From Candidatus Micrarchaeia archaeon (GTDB lineage Archaea > Micrarchaeota > Micrarchaeia > Anstonellales > Bilamarchaeaceae): a stretch of DNA of 64,000 nucleotides. The stretch is from assembly GCA_050303335.1 (NCBI GenBank), contig JBNLBN010000002.1, forward strand, positions 4,856-68,855, in the 5' to 3' direction. The notes below the pieces were generated by a model. That model made no database searches. It was not told the DNA's origin and saw only the letters and a list, made by a program, of their open reading frames with translations. Made by a program: the position numbers and the translations under genes. Each line of letters starts with the position of its first letter. Positions within the stretch are counted from its first letter, which is position 1. Of the stretch, positions 18,101 through 27,032 are shown piece by piece.

Positions 18101-19013
18101 GCCTGAGGATGTGCTCAGCGACATATCGTCATTCGGCCAGACCTCCCTCTCAAGCAAGGCAAAGCCTGTCATGGTGGTCGGGCTCAATGTACGCAGCGAT
18201 GACGAGCGATGGGAGGGCCGCTATGAGGATCTTTTTGAAAAAATCCTGATGGGCCAGGACGACCTTGTGAGGAACGGCGTTGTCGGAATCATCTACTCTC
18301 CTGCAAGGTCGGCTGCATCAGCAGAAGGGATAATTGACACATCCAGCGATCCTTCATTAGGCCTGAAAACGGAAAAATTCTGCGCGCTCCAGGGAGCAAT
18401 GGAAAAGATGACCGCAACAACTCCAACGACGATCTTCTCGAAGGTGCTTGTACAGGAGGAGAACCAGTGCGTGCCCTGCACTCCGTGGGATTATCTTTCG
18501 GGCGGGGTCTGCAGCGATACCCTCTCAAGTACGCAAAGGCACATATGCGACGGCGGCGGTTCATGCACACTCCCTCCGGGAATTGCCGAGACGGACGATG
18601 AGAAATACAAGTGCCTTGAAGGGACAGTAACAATGGACTGCAGCCTTTGCACCGATTCCTTGCTGGATTTCAGCTGCATCTACACATATGCAAACGGGTC
18701 TTCAAGATCCTATCCCTCATCAGCAACACTGCCCCTCTCGGATCTTAGTTCAGATATATATCTGGATATTATTGCAAGCCTTCCGAAGCCTTATAAGTGC
18801 TGCCTGATGGATGAAGGAAGCGGTCTCAAGTATACCTACCGGAAGGACACATATCAAAGCCCCATCAACAAGCCGGTAGTATTTCCCAAGAACGGAGGGG
18901 ATGTCGATTGCGGATCAGGAGTCGATCTGGAAGATCTTGGTGAATCGAGCACCTTCTGCGGTCTCCAGCAGTCTCCGATAAGGGACTATGCCATCAACTG
19001 CGAAATCAGCTGA
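15192..19013 (+). CDS. 1273-aa cysteine-rich secreted protein, putative lipoprotein (lipobox-like VFAGC); unknown family
   Basis: The N-terminus MRLLLLMILLVFAGCLAP resembles a signal peptide plus lipobox. Cys clusters occur at both ends (GCCQKE..., CVPCTPWDYLSGGVCSD...CDGGGSC...). It overlaps P6 by 1 nt. I recognise no domain. Confidence 0.75.
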   Translation: MRLLLLMILLVFAGCLAPVEKLGCCQKENISEGCVLYNTSDFTSIDMTGQTVAQSCDNPDMDTEGYCNVSVNNNYRLIPICTQEDIVECVDPGCTAMVCGDFSYKPRISPVVTDDEDLSSATPTDSDDSATIQFYKSQCRFLPMDVDLRQIMKNSKSSINVFRVGIGGSFDEYDQYRYYFPMADEFCSAAISGGFSGTVDRYMNYLDLADKSVFDPDEITENCFDDDSVQGPYMNQESPALNLPGYYGLFTISTVEPEKNNYKFVHFINYDFTPVWTQDLLKGAGYQYIPGFINGHSLYKEIDKDFYKRELSIAHASSIYDIDGTGSTRAPFECSMSENNCLSGSCNSDFYNRGVFVDADNNNDIVTDCTRMKDENGNQRIICLPTIAGSIAESDDGSPPSREYSDVTAKVTHIEISTVGNMDFTYEDFIDPEADPKMIDYWDAWGLYLEPLVDRYGNPHYVSSSSKVLTNVPTGISHYYSIEYVYDDEGHYQYSYYKLNQGFYSGSYGPPAGGAVFFGKISDEPMRYGDGEVIGYAMGDDFDETLLAQNCELEENEDYVVVSLGSPTNWQSSGMMSLFRPYYEDVLKSYKTYGFEEGCGDKMLATDSVVASMPWVIAFEKGGLSGGPLNTDLRYRFTDYPNAYWMASTPAFGAFANNVYDEYMYRLLDAGSCSLRMSRYDSPLSNDYYNIVYPNNFVLLINKGDDRFGRCSLDRSTMFPELRTFGWCEPCSTSTLAYQEISTTPRPYLPGYKMKLDPGATTFEPQICWSQYESHWDFDFSSQPSFNLTDNVTCYNPSIPDISDYKGSIGNIGSPRTIPEASVMKKRLGNYLRSGVLPVLDLTDESNWNITNPDAESVGWDLFQLFYDTSPEDYSQYDFERLIGRMGAAVIIVDTVSEYDVQFKVSRIIDRASIIKQKCFGCITAFHVQSPPDNESFNYTINSVLSNPTAQRVIEMVTFDYPISEHGFSEPEDVLSDISSFGQTSLSSKAKPVMVVGLNVRSDDERWEGRYEDLFEKILMGQDDLVRNGVVGIIYSPARSAASAEGIIDTSSDPSLGLKTEKFCALQGAMEKMTATTPTTIFSKVLVQEENQCVPCTPWDYLSGGVCSDTLSSTQRHICDGGGSCTLPPGIAETDDEKYKCLEGTVTMDCSLCTDSLLDFSCIYTYANGSSRSYPSSATLPLSDLSSDIYLDIIASLPKPYKCCLMDEGSGLKYTYRKDTYQSPINKPVVFPKNGGDVDCGSGVDLEDLGESSTFCGLQQSPIRDYAINCEIS

Positions 19014-19569
19014 ATTTTCCCTCGAAGACAATCTCATCAAGTGGCTTCCTGCCAGTGATCTGTTCCTTTTCCCGGATTCCTTCGGGCAGGTCATCCGGAT
19101 TTCCAGGCTTCCCGATCGCGATCATGCAGTGGATCTCATGGTCCTGCGGAAGTCCGATCACCTGCACAGCCTTAACATAATCGAATCCTTCCATTGCATG
19201 GGCTATCAGGCCCCTGCTGTGAGCCTCTAGCGCAAGGTTTTCCCATGCGGCCCCTGCATCGAAGGCATGGGTCCTTGAAGGCTTTCCGTTATATTCGAAC
19301 TTCCTGCTTGAGGTAACGATCACAAGCGCAGCGGCATTCCCCGCCCATCTCCTGTTGAAGTCGCCCATCAGTCCAAAGAAGGAATCCCAGTATCCGCTTC
19401 CCCGCAGCGCATAAACGAATCTCCATGGCTGGTTGTTGAAGGATGAGGGCGCCCATCTTGCAGCTTCGAAGAGAGCCATGATCTCGTCTTTTGCGACATT
19501 TCCATCAAGGGCCCTCGGTGAATGCCTGTTAAGGATCAAATCACTGATCTGATAATTCGGTTTTCTCAT
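19006..19569 (-). CDS. nitroreductase family protein
   Basis: The segments LNRHSPRAL, ARWAPSSFNNQPWRFVY and the C-terminal IAIGKPG are typical of the FMN nitroreductase fold. Confidence 0.8.
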   Translation of the reverse strand: MRKPNYQISDLILNRHSPRALDGNVAKDEIMALFEAARWAPSSFNNQPWRFVYALRGSGYWDSFFGLMGDFNRRWAGNAAALVIVTSSRKFEYNGKPSRTHAFDAGAAWENLALEAHSRGLIAHAMEGFDYVKAVQVIGLPQDHEIHCMIAIGKPGNPDDLPEGIREKEQITGRKPLDEIVFEGKFS

Positions 19570-19653
19570 AAAATGGTACTCGATGTAAATTCCTATAAGG
19601 TTTTTTCCAAATCGACCAAAAGTTTTTTATATAAAATTACAATAATACCTGTA

Positions 19654-20751
19654 ATGGCGGCCAAAGAAAGAGAATACCGAATTTCCAGAACCCCCCAAGC
19701 ATCAGGGATCGTAAGGAGCCGCGATTTTGACAGGTACAAGCCAATAACGGAAGGGCCGGCATCCTCCGTCATCGAGAATTCACTAGACCTTGCATTCTTC
19801 ACTGATTTTACTGGACTTTTCGTGCATTCAAACAGGAAGTTCAACGAGGCTATCGGATATTCCACCGAAGATCTGAGGAACATGAGCATCTATGAGGTGC
19901 TTACGCTCAACAGCATGGCATTGTACAAGGACTCCATTACAGACCTGGAACACTCCGGACAGGTGTTTGACCAGAGGCTTGAATTCAATACCCGCGGCGG
20001 TGAATCGGTTAGGCTTCGCGCAAACCTGGTAATTGTCGACCACCCGGAAGGGATACTCTGGAATGCACGGGCCGAGTGCGCCGAGCACGTGGCAATAATC
20101 GATTTCGCCTCAAAAGTGGCCCATGATATCAGGAATTGCCTGACGGCACCGAGAATAACCCTCGACCAGGCGCTGCTGATGCTCTCTGATGAGATGGAGC
20201 CTCAGGCTCGCTGCAAGCTTGTCAAGAATATGGCACTGGCGGCATCGGAACTTAGCCGGGCAGTCGAACTTACTGAAAACATGGTGCTCCTCTCAGGAAC
20301 AAAAAACAACCATCTTACTGAAATCAGGGTCAATTCGTCCCTTGCAAACATGCTGCTGAGGCTTGATCTGCATGATGTAAATTGCGAAACAAAATTCGAT
20401 GAATCCAACCCGATGATCTACATGAACAGGAGCATGTTCGACCGTGCCATGATCAATCTCATGGACAATGCCGTCCGTGCCGGCGCGAAGAATATTTCAG
20501 TATCAACATCAATAGAAGGTGGGAATGTGATAATCCGGATCAATGACGATGGGTGCGGAATATCTAAGCAGGATCTTCCCAATATATTCATACCTGCTGT
20601 GAGTACAAGGCCCTCCGGCGGATACGGGCTCGGACTTGCGATCGTGGACCAGGCAATTAGCGGCGCAGGCGGCACAATCACTGCAGAAAGCGCATTGAAT
20701 GTGGGAACCACATTTACGATCAGGGTGCCTAGTAGCAACAGGAATCCTTGA
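19654..20751 (+). CDS. sensor histidine kinase with PAS-like N-terminal domain (no adjacent response regulator)
   Basis: It has an H-box FASKVAHDIRNCLTAP, N-box NLMDNAVRAGAKN, and G-boxes DDGCGI and GGYGLGLAIV. The start is revised to the ATG at 19654, about 24 nt after TTTTTATATAAAA. Confidence 0.8.
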   Translation: MAAKEREYRISRTPQASGIVRSRDFDRYKPITEGPASSVIENSLDLAFFTDFTGLFVHSNRKFNEAIGYSTEDLRNMSIYEVLTLNSMALYKDSITDLEHSGQVFDQRLEFNTRGGESVRLRANLVIVDHPEGILWNARAECAEHVAIIDFASKVAHDIRNCLTAPRITLDQALLMLSDEMEPQARCKLVKNMALAASELSRAVELTENMVLLSGTKNNHLTEIRVNSSLANMLLRLDLHDVNCETKFDESNPMIYMNRSMFDRAMINLMDNAVRAGAKNISVSTSIEGGNVIIRINDDGCGISKQDLPNIFIPAVSTRPSGGYGLGLAIVDQAISGAGGTITAESALNVGTTFTIRVPSSNRNP

Positions 20752-20899
20752 ATCCGCACCTGGGACAACGTGCCCTGAAGCTCCCCTTTACCTCAAACAT
20801 ATCCTCTCCGCACGACGGACATTCCATGGAAGTCAAATCCAGCCAATATTTATAAGGCGATCCCATAAGCTATATAATATTGCCTCAGGAAACAATGTC

Positions 20900-22132
20900 A
20901 TGGAGTTCAAGCTTGAGCATACGCTGGCTATCTTTTTCCTGCTATTTCTTGTCGGCCTGGACTTCATTGAGGCAAACACATTCCTTTTCATATCATGCGC
21001 ATTCCTTTTCACATTCCTTGCAGGAGAACTGCTGGAAATGATCCGGGTGCCATGGATATTCGCTGCATTGCTGTTCGGAACAGTACTGTCGTTCTACAAT
21101 CCCTTTGATTCGATAACGTCATCCGATTCGTTCATCTTCCTCTCGCAGCTGGGCATGTATTTCCTCCTGTTCATAATAGGATTCGAGATAGATCTCAGGT
21201 CTCTAATGAAACGGAGCAGTTTCATAATAAAATCCACCTTCTTCATCATCTTTCTCGAGGGAATTGTCGGGACGGCATTCATATCGATTGTATTCGGATA
21301 TGATATCTTCGTTTCATTCGTTGCCGCCCTTTCATTTGCAACTGTGGGCGAGGCGCTGCTGATACCCATCCTCCATGAATTCAGGATGGTGAACACCACC
21401 CTGGGGCAAACCATAATAGGCATCGGAACTCTTGATGACGTGATCGAGATCCTGACTCTTATTCTTGCAGTTTTCCTGATCGGATCGAGCGCCGATATAC
21501 ACATTGATGTGTGGATGATCCTGGCATCCCTGCTCGTAATGGTCATACTCACCGTCTTCATCTCGCTCCTGAAGGAGGAGGGCAGGAAGTACAAGTTCAA
21601 GGACCTTGAAACAATATTCCTATTCACAATATTCATCCTGTTCCTGTTCCTCGGAATCGGGGCGCTGACTGACATGTCTGCACTCGCAGCGCTCCTTGCA
21701 GGAATATCGATAGGAAATTTCCTTCCAGAAAGCAGGAAAAAACTAATTGAGAACGAGATCAAGGCCGTATGCTATGGCCTTTTTGCACCGCTTTTCTTCG
21801 TGTGGGTCGGTTCATCACTTGATATAGACTACCTGCTTGCCTTCCCGCTTCTTGTAGTAATGATCACACTCTTATCCAATGCAGCAAAGATTGCAGGCAG
21901 CCTGATAATGGGAAGGAAGGAACTTGGGCTCAGGCAATCGGTCATCCTCGGAATCGCCCTCTCGGTCAGGTTCAGCACCAGCATAATCGTCGTGAAGATC
22001 CTTTACGAGAACGGGCTTATCGGATCAGACCTTTTCTCCATAATAGTCGCATCGACTATAATCTTCAAGTTCCTGGTGCCAACTGCCCTCTCGTTCCTTA
22101 TCCAGAGGTGGGTAGTCGATCAAAAACATTAA
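20900..22132 (+). CDS. cation/proton antiporter (CPA2/Kef-like)
   Basis: The protein is polytopic and carries LGMYFLLFIIGFEIDL, typical of the Na+/H+ exchanger family. The start is revised to MEFKLEHTLAIFF, which is preceded by CTATATAATATT. Confidence 0.75.
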   Translation: MEFKLEHTLAIFFLLFLVGLDFIEANTFLFISCAFLFTFLAGELLEMIRVPWIFAALLFGTVLSFYNPFDSITSSDSFIFLSQLGMYFLLFIIGFEIDLRSLMKRSSFIIKSTFFIIFLEGIVGTAFISIVFGYDIFVSFVAALSFATVGEALLIPILHEFRMVNTTLGQTIIGIGTLDDVIEILTLILAVFLIGSSADIHIDVWMILASLLVMVILTVFISLLKEEGRKYKFKDLETIFLFTIFILFLFLGIGALTDMSALAALLAGISIGNFLPESRKKLIENEIKAVCYGLFAPLFFVWVGSSLDIDYLLAFPLLVVMITLLSNAAKIAGSLIMGRKELGLRQSVILGIALSVRFSTSIIVVKILYENGLIGSDLFSIIVASTIIFKFLVPTALSFLIQRWVVDQKH

Positions 22133-22156
22133 AACCTGTGCCTTCTATTCCTAATC

Positions 22157-22501
22157 ATGACATTCGTCCCTCCGCAGGTAATTGTCGATGCTTTATTGAT
22201 AATATCCTATCTCATAGAGGCAATAGGAATACTTCTTATCGTATTTGCCGTTTTCCACTCGGTTTACCGGATCGCGAGGATTGAGGTGCTCCACGACAAG
22301 AGGTTCCACGAGTATGAGCACACGAAAAGGACTCTTATCCAGAAGATCATCTTCGCCCTGGATTTCTTCGTCAGTGCAGACCTGATAAGACTCGCGGTCC
22401 TGTTTGAATTCGAAGACATCCTGACAGTGGCGGTAATAGTCGCTGTCCGGACTGTCTTGAGCTGGTCGCTAAGCCGCGAGATTCATCTCCACAAGGAATG
22501 A
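22157..22501 (+). CDS. small membrane protein (DUF1622-like)
   Basis: It is 114 aa with 3 TM segments. The segment ALDFFVSADLIRLAV resembles the DUF1622 family. Confidence 0.5.
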   Translation: MTFVPPQVIVDALLIISYLIEAIGILLIVFAVFHSVYRIARIEVLHDKRFHEYEHTKRTLIQKIIFALDFFVSADLIRLAVLFEFEDILTVAVIVAVRTVLSWSLSREIHLHKE

Positions 22502-23350
22502 ATCTACTTTTTCTATTATTTCTTCGGCAGAATCTGCTCTGGACAATGAACTTCTAAGCCTTGATGAACCTGGAATCCCGTGTGAGAACTGGATCGCCTT
22601 CAGGCGTACGTCCTTGACGGGCGGTTCGCCGTACAACTCAACATATCTGGAAAGAAATCCTAGCTTTTCAGCTGCAGAAGGGGTCTGGTCCGAAAAAAGC
22701 ATGGGATTAGACATAGCGGCTCTTGCAACCATGTAACCGTCGCAGTAGCCGCGCCTGGCCAACTCCTCCCCCTCGCTTGCAAAATTGATGTCCCCGTTTC
22801 CGATAACAGGTATTCCAACCGATTCCTTGATCATCCTGATCTTTTCCCAGTCGCTTTTGCCGGAGTATCCCTGCCTAGCCGTCCTTCCATGCACGATGAC
22901 AAAATCCGCCCCCGCTCTTTCGACCCCCCTCACAAGATCTATTGATCTTGAGAAATCCTCCTCAAGCCTGATCTTTACCGACACCTGGAATCCGGTTTTT
23001 TTCATCTCATCAACACACCGGATTATCAGACCGTGGTTCCTGAGGAGAGCTGATCCGCCTCCGGATCCCATAGTCCTTGCAGAAGGGCATCCGCAATTCA
23101 GGTTGATCCATTCAACAAAACCAAATTCTTCCTCAAGCTTCCTTGCAGCTTTTCCAAATTCTGCCGGGTCGTTTCCTACGAACTGGACTCCCAAGTGCTT
23201 TTCCTCAGGTTTGGCATCCACAACGTTTTTTCCCCTGTTGTATGCAAGGACATTGACAAGAGGAACGCAAGTATGCTGCGCCCCGTATTGCTGGCAGAGA
23301 AGTCTGAATGCAAAATCAGAATAGTCATCTATCGGCGAAAGAAAATTCAT
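22469..23350 (-). CDS. dus: tRNA-dihydrouridine synthase (Dus family)
   Basis: It shows TIM-barrel flavoenzyme motifs: PIDDYSDFAFRLL, NLNCGCPS, VKIRL and VHGRT. Confidence 0.8.
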   Translation of the reverse strand: MNFLSPIDDYSDFAFRLLCQQYGAQHTCVPLVNVLAYNRGKNVVDAKPEEKHLGVQFVGNDPAEFGKAARKLEEEFGFVEWINLNCGCPSARTMGSGGGSALLRNHGLIIRCVDEMKKTGFQVSVKIRLEEDFSRSIDLVRGVERAGADFVIVHGRTARQGYSGKSDWEKIRMIKESVGIPVIGNGDINFASEGEELARRGYCDGYMVARAAMSNPMLFSDQTPSAAEKLGFLSRYVELYGEPPVKDVRLKAIQFSHGIPGSSRLRSSLSRADSAEEIIEKVDSFLVEMNLAA

Positions 23351-23670
23351 CAGGTAAATTCATGGATAATTAGGAATTTATACCCTATACAAGTTCAGGG
23401 TACATCCTTATTACCCCGTATGAATTTACTCTCTTTTCGAGTTGCCCCCCGATTCCGTTCACCTTTGAAACCATGTTTATCATTTTGATACCCCCTTGTA
23501 GTATATACTATTTTGTTTACTATTTATATGTTTTCAAAAAAATCCTGTGGAAACATCACTGGATTGCCCAGGCAAATGGAGCAATATCGTGCTATTTTAC
23601 ACAGAAATCAGCAATTTAGCTATCTGCCGAGGTTCGATAGGACTATAAATTTTGAGCACAATTATAGATC

Positions 23671-24417
23671 ATGGATAACAGAGTTTCTTTCAAAAATAGT
23701 GCCGGTGACAAAATCGCAGCCAAATTATGTATCCCGCAACAATCTAACGGTAATGCAATAGTGATTCTCCACTGTTTTCTTTGTACTAAAGAACACCACA
23801 TAGTAGAAACCCTCTCTGAAAGGCTTTGCAAGAGCGGCTTCGCAGTGTTGTGTTTCGACTTCAGCGGAAACGGCGAAAGCGAAGGGGAGGTGGAAAAGGC
23901 AACATATTCCAAAATGCTTGATGAGGCATCAAGCGCAGTCTCCTTCCTCAGGGAGCAGGGCTATTCGAAGATAGGAATCGCAGGCCATTCCCTGGGCGCC
24001 ATGATCTCCCTTCTTTGCGCCTCTTATGACAAGAGAATAGATGCAGTGGCATTCATAAGCGGAAGCTCACAGGCCGCACGGGTCCGGGAGGTGTTCCCTC
24101 ACGACATCGTGAATAAGGCCGAGCGCGAAGGAAGCGCAGTTGCAAGGGTCTATGGCCGGGATATCCGCCTGACAAGGGAATTCCTGGATGATATCGACCA
24201 TTACAATGTGGGGCATTCAATTGCAACACTGGGCCGGCCCATCCTGATCGCGCACGGCAAGGACGACGTTATAATTGAGCCACACCATGCAAGGAAGCTC
24301 TATTTGTGGGCAAGTGAACCAAAGGAACTGAGGCTGATAGAAGGCGACCACCAGTTCAGGAACAGCATGAAGCAGCTTGCTGAGGAAGTGGATTCATTCT
24401 TTGAGAAATCCCTTTAA
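23671..24417 (+). CDS. alpha/beta-fold hydrolase
   Basis: It has the nucleophile elbow GHSLGA, with Asp and His candidates in the C-terminal part (HGKDD..., EGDHQF). Confidence 0.75.
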   Translation: MDNRVSFKNSAGDKIAAKLCIPQQSNGNAIVILHCFLCTKEHHIVETLSERLCKSGFAVLCFDFSGNGESEGEVEKATYSKMLDEASSAVSFLREQGYSKIGIAGHSLGAMISLLCASYDKRIDAVAFISGSSQAARVREVFPHDIVNKAEREGSAVARVYGRDIRLTREFLDDIDHYNVGHSIATLGRPILIAHGKDDVIIEPHHARKLYLWASEPKELRLIEGDHQFRNSMKQLAEEVDSFFEKSL

Positions 24418-24442
24418 TTTCTTTTCCCTTAAATTCAGGACA

Positions 24443-26023
24443 ATGTTCGACATCGCGTTCGCAATAGTGCCTGGACTGATACTTTTCCTCTACGGAATCG
24501 ACAATTTCAGCCGCGAGATTCAGAAAATTGCAGGAGAGAATTTCCGGCTTCTCCTTGCAAGAGCGACAAGCAACCGGCTTATCGGCTCATTCCTCGGCGC
24601 AATCGTGACCTCCATCATCCAGTCGAGCACAGCTACAACTGTTATCGTTGTCGGCCTTGTCGGATCCGGAGTTTTATCCTTCTCATCCAGCCTCGGGGTC
24701 ATCATAGGCGCCAATGTGGGAACAACGATCACGGCGCAGCTCGTTGCGCTCAAACTTACATACCTCTCCCCGATATTCATACTCGGTGGTTTCCTCATAT
24801 CGTTTTTTGGAAGGAAATACCGATTTCTTGGAAAGCCGATATTCTATTTCGGCCTTGTTTTCTTCTCGCTGGAACTGATATCAGGCGCAATCGAGCCCTA
24901 CCAGAGCGATCCATGGCTGGTGTCTGTTTTCTCGAATTTCGACAACCTGCTAATCGCACTTGCAGGGGGCTTCCTTTTTACGCTTCTGGTCCAGTCCAGT
25001 TCTGTGACGACAGGTCTGGTGGTTATCCTTGTAGGATCCGGCCTTCTGACCGTTGAAAACGGCATTCCGGTAATAATGGGTGCAAACATAGGAACTACGA
25101 TCACCTCGCTGATAGCATCATCCGGTCTTGACATTTTTGCAAAGAGGTCAGCTGTGGCCCACTTCATATTCAATGTCGTCGGTGTCCTGATATTCCTCCC
25201 TGTCATCCCGGAATTCACCTCATACATCTCATCGTTTGACGGCGCAGCGACCATGCAGATGGCCAATGCCCACCTTGTATTCAATCTTGTCTCGGCAGTC
25301 ATTTTCCTCCTGATCCTTCCTTATTACGAAAAGCTGATCATAACCCTGGTTCCGGGTTCGGAGAAGGAGGTGGTTTTCCGCACCCGGTACTTCACTGAAA
25401 GCCTGCCACCAGACACCCGCGAAGCGATAGATCAGGTCAAGAACGAGATAAAGTACTCGCTCGAGGTCTCGGGCGAACTATTTTCAAACGTAAGAAGGTA
25501 TCTTGAAACATCCGACAGGAAATATTTCCACCAGTCTTCGAAACTCGAATCATTCAGCGATTTCCTTGACAAGGAGATAACTAAAAGGCTTTCCGATCTC
25601 TCCCTGCGCGAACTGGGCCGGGAGGATGCGGAGAACATAATACTTCTTTCCAGGATCTCCAACAACGTGGAGGAGCTTGGGGACACTGCGAAAAGGATAC
25701 TGATCGATGCAGACAGCCTCCACAATTCAGGGATGCTGCTTTCAGAGGAATCGATAGGAACGCTCAGCGACGCTTTCGACATCCTTGAAGACGGCTATTC
25801 CCAGGTGAGGAGCAATTTCCCGAAGCTGGACAAGGATGCTATGAAGCGCGATGACCGCGACCTGAGCAAAATAATATCAAAAGGATATTCGGCCCACATG
25901 CGCATGATCAGGCAGAAAAACTATGCAGGCGCATATTTTGTCAGCATGATACATGATATCGAATCGGCATCTTTGATACTGCGCAAGATCAGGAAGCTTT
26001 CTGAAGACTATAGTAATCTTTAA
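24443..26023 (+). CDS. Na+/phosphate cotransporter family protein with PhoU-like C-terminal region
   Basis: It has duplicated [11 protein letters not shown] and [11 protein letters not shown] motifs and a helical cytoplasmic tail. The start is revised to [11 protein letters not shown]. Confidence 0.8.
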   Translation: MFDIAFAIVPGLILFLYGIDNFSREIQKIAGENFRLLLARATSNRLIGSFLGAIVTSIIQSSTATTVIVVGLVGSGVLSFSSSLGVIIGANVGTTITAQLVALKLTYLSPIFILGGFLISFFGRKYRFLGKPIFYFGLVFFSLELISGAIEPYQSDPWLVSVFSNFDNLLIALAGGFLFTLLVQSSSVTTGLVVILVGSGLLTVENGIPVIMGANIGTTITSLIASSGLDIFAKRSAVAHFIFNVVGVLIFLPVIPEFTSYISSFDGAATMQMANAHLVFNLVSAVIFLLILPYYEKLIITLVPGSEKEVVFRTRYFTESLPPDTREAIDQVKNEIKYSLEVSGELFSNVRRYLETSDRKYFHQSSKLESFSDFLDKEITKRLSDLSLRELGREDAENIILLSRISNNVEELGDTAKRILIDADSLHNSGMLLSEESIGTLSDAFDILEDGYSQVRSNFPKLDKDAMKRDDRDLSKIISKGYSAHMRMIRQKNYAGAYFVSMIHDIESASLILRKIRKLSEDYSNL

Positions 26024-26067
26024 ATGCTTTAATTGCAGTGTATCTACAATCAAAGAGAGGTGACGAC

Positions 26068-26388
26068 ATGGAAGAACAAAAGATGGAAACAGCGGAAGAA
26101 CCAAAAACAGCTCCAAGGCGTGAAGACAACACAGTTTTCGTAGGAAAAAAAGGCACAATGGGATATGTGCTTGCAGTGGTAACCCAGTTCAACAATGGTG
26201 CAAGTGAGGTAGTCGTGAAAGCAAGGGGAAAACTGATCTCAAGGGCAGTCGATGTAGTTGAAATCGTACGACACAGGTTCATGCCTGATGCGAAGGTCGA
26301 GGACATAAAGATCTCGACAGAAGAACTAACCTCCGAAGACGGCTCAAACAGCAAAGTCTCATCGATCGAAATAAAGATCCAAAAGTGA
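26068..26388 (+). CDS. albA: chromatin protein Alba
   Basis: The segment [51 protein letters not shown]...SSIEIKI matches Alba. A GAGGTGA Shine-Dalgarno-like sequence precedes the ATG at 26068. Confidence 0.85.
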   Translation: MEEQKMETAEEPKTAPRREDNTVFVGKKGTMGYVLAVVTQFNNGASEVVVKARGKLISRAVDVVEIVRHRFMPDAKVEDIKISTEELTSEDGSNSKVSSIEIKIQK

Positions 26389-26395
26389 TGATCGG

Positions 26396-27016
26396 ATGAA
26401 GGGAGTCCTCGACATAAGGGGTATAGTCCTTGCTCTTTTTTTTGGAATTATCCTTTATTTTTACGGGGGTCTCAATTTCCTTATCCTAATGCTTTTCTTT
26501 TTCTTTTTGGCAATAAGCGCCACAAAATACGGATACGAGATAAAGCGGGACATCGGCCTATATGAACATGAGCGCGGATGGGAGAATGTCCTTTCAAACG
26601 GGCTCCTGCCATCGATACTTGCAGTGGTCAGCCCTGTAATAGGGCCAATCCCTTTTATCGCGTCTATTGCTGCTGTTACTGCAGACAAGTTCGGATCAGA
26701 AATCGGCGTCCTTGATCCGCAAGAGCCAGTATCCCTTTTCAATCTCCAGAAGACCAAGCCAGGCACCAGCGGCGCCATGAGCATGATGGGGACGATCGGA
26801 TCCTTCGGAGGAGCAGCTGCAATCGGTCTCTTCGCGATGCTCATATTCCCTTTAAATCCGACGCAGGCGCTCCTTATCGGAATCGCGGGCCTCCTCGGAT
26901 CGGTTGCAGACACGCTGTTCGGGGTGTTCGAGGAACGGGGCATCGGAACCAAGGGAACGACGAATTTCATCTGCTCCATTGTCGGTGCTCTTATAGGATA
27001 TTTTTTAATATCTTAG
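26396..27016 (+). CDS. DUF92/TMEM19-family integral membrane protein
   Basis: The protein is polytopic and carries the motifs ADKFGSEIG, TSGAMSMMGTIGS and DTLFG. Confidence 0.6.
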   Translation: MKGVLDIRGIVLALFFGIILYFYGGLNFLILMLFFFFLAISATKYGYEIKRDIGLYEHERGWENVLSNGLLPSILAVVSPVIGPIPFIASIAAVTADKFGSEIGVLDPQEPVSLFNLQKTKPGTSGAMSMMGTIGSFGGAAAIGLFAMLIFPLNPTQALLIGIAGLLGSVADTLFGVFEERGIGTKGTTNFICSIVGALIGYFLIS

Positions 27017-27032
27017 TTCCGAGGAATAAAGC

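Noticed and set aside
4697-19013. Considered calling the envelope locus a type IV pilus/archaellum, T4SS/Ced-like DNA transfer system or ABC transporter.
   Set aside because: No Walker-type ATPase, prepilin-like class III signal peptide, VirB4/VirD4/TadA-like gene or substrate-binding protein is present in or next to the locus. The function is left open.
23351-23670. A 320-bp intergenic region plus track ORF 23513..23761, as a possible small gene or ncRNA.
   Set aside because: I could identify no convincing structure, repeat or conserved motif by eye. The ORF overlaps the start of the alpha/beta hydrolase gene and looks spurious. The region probably holds divergent promoters.
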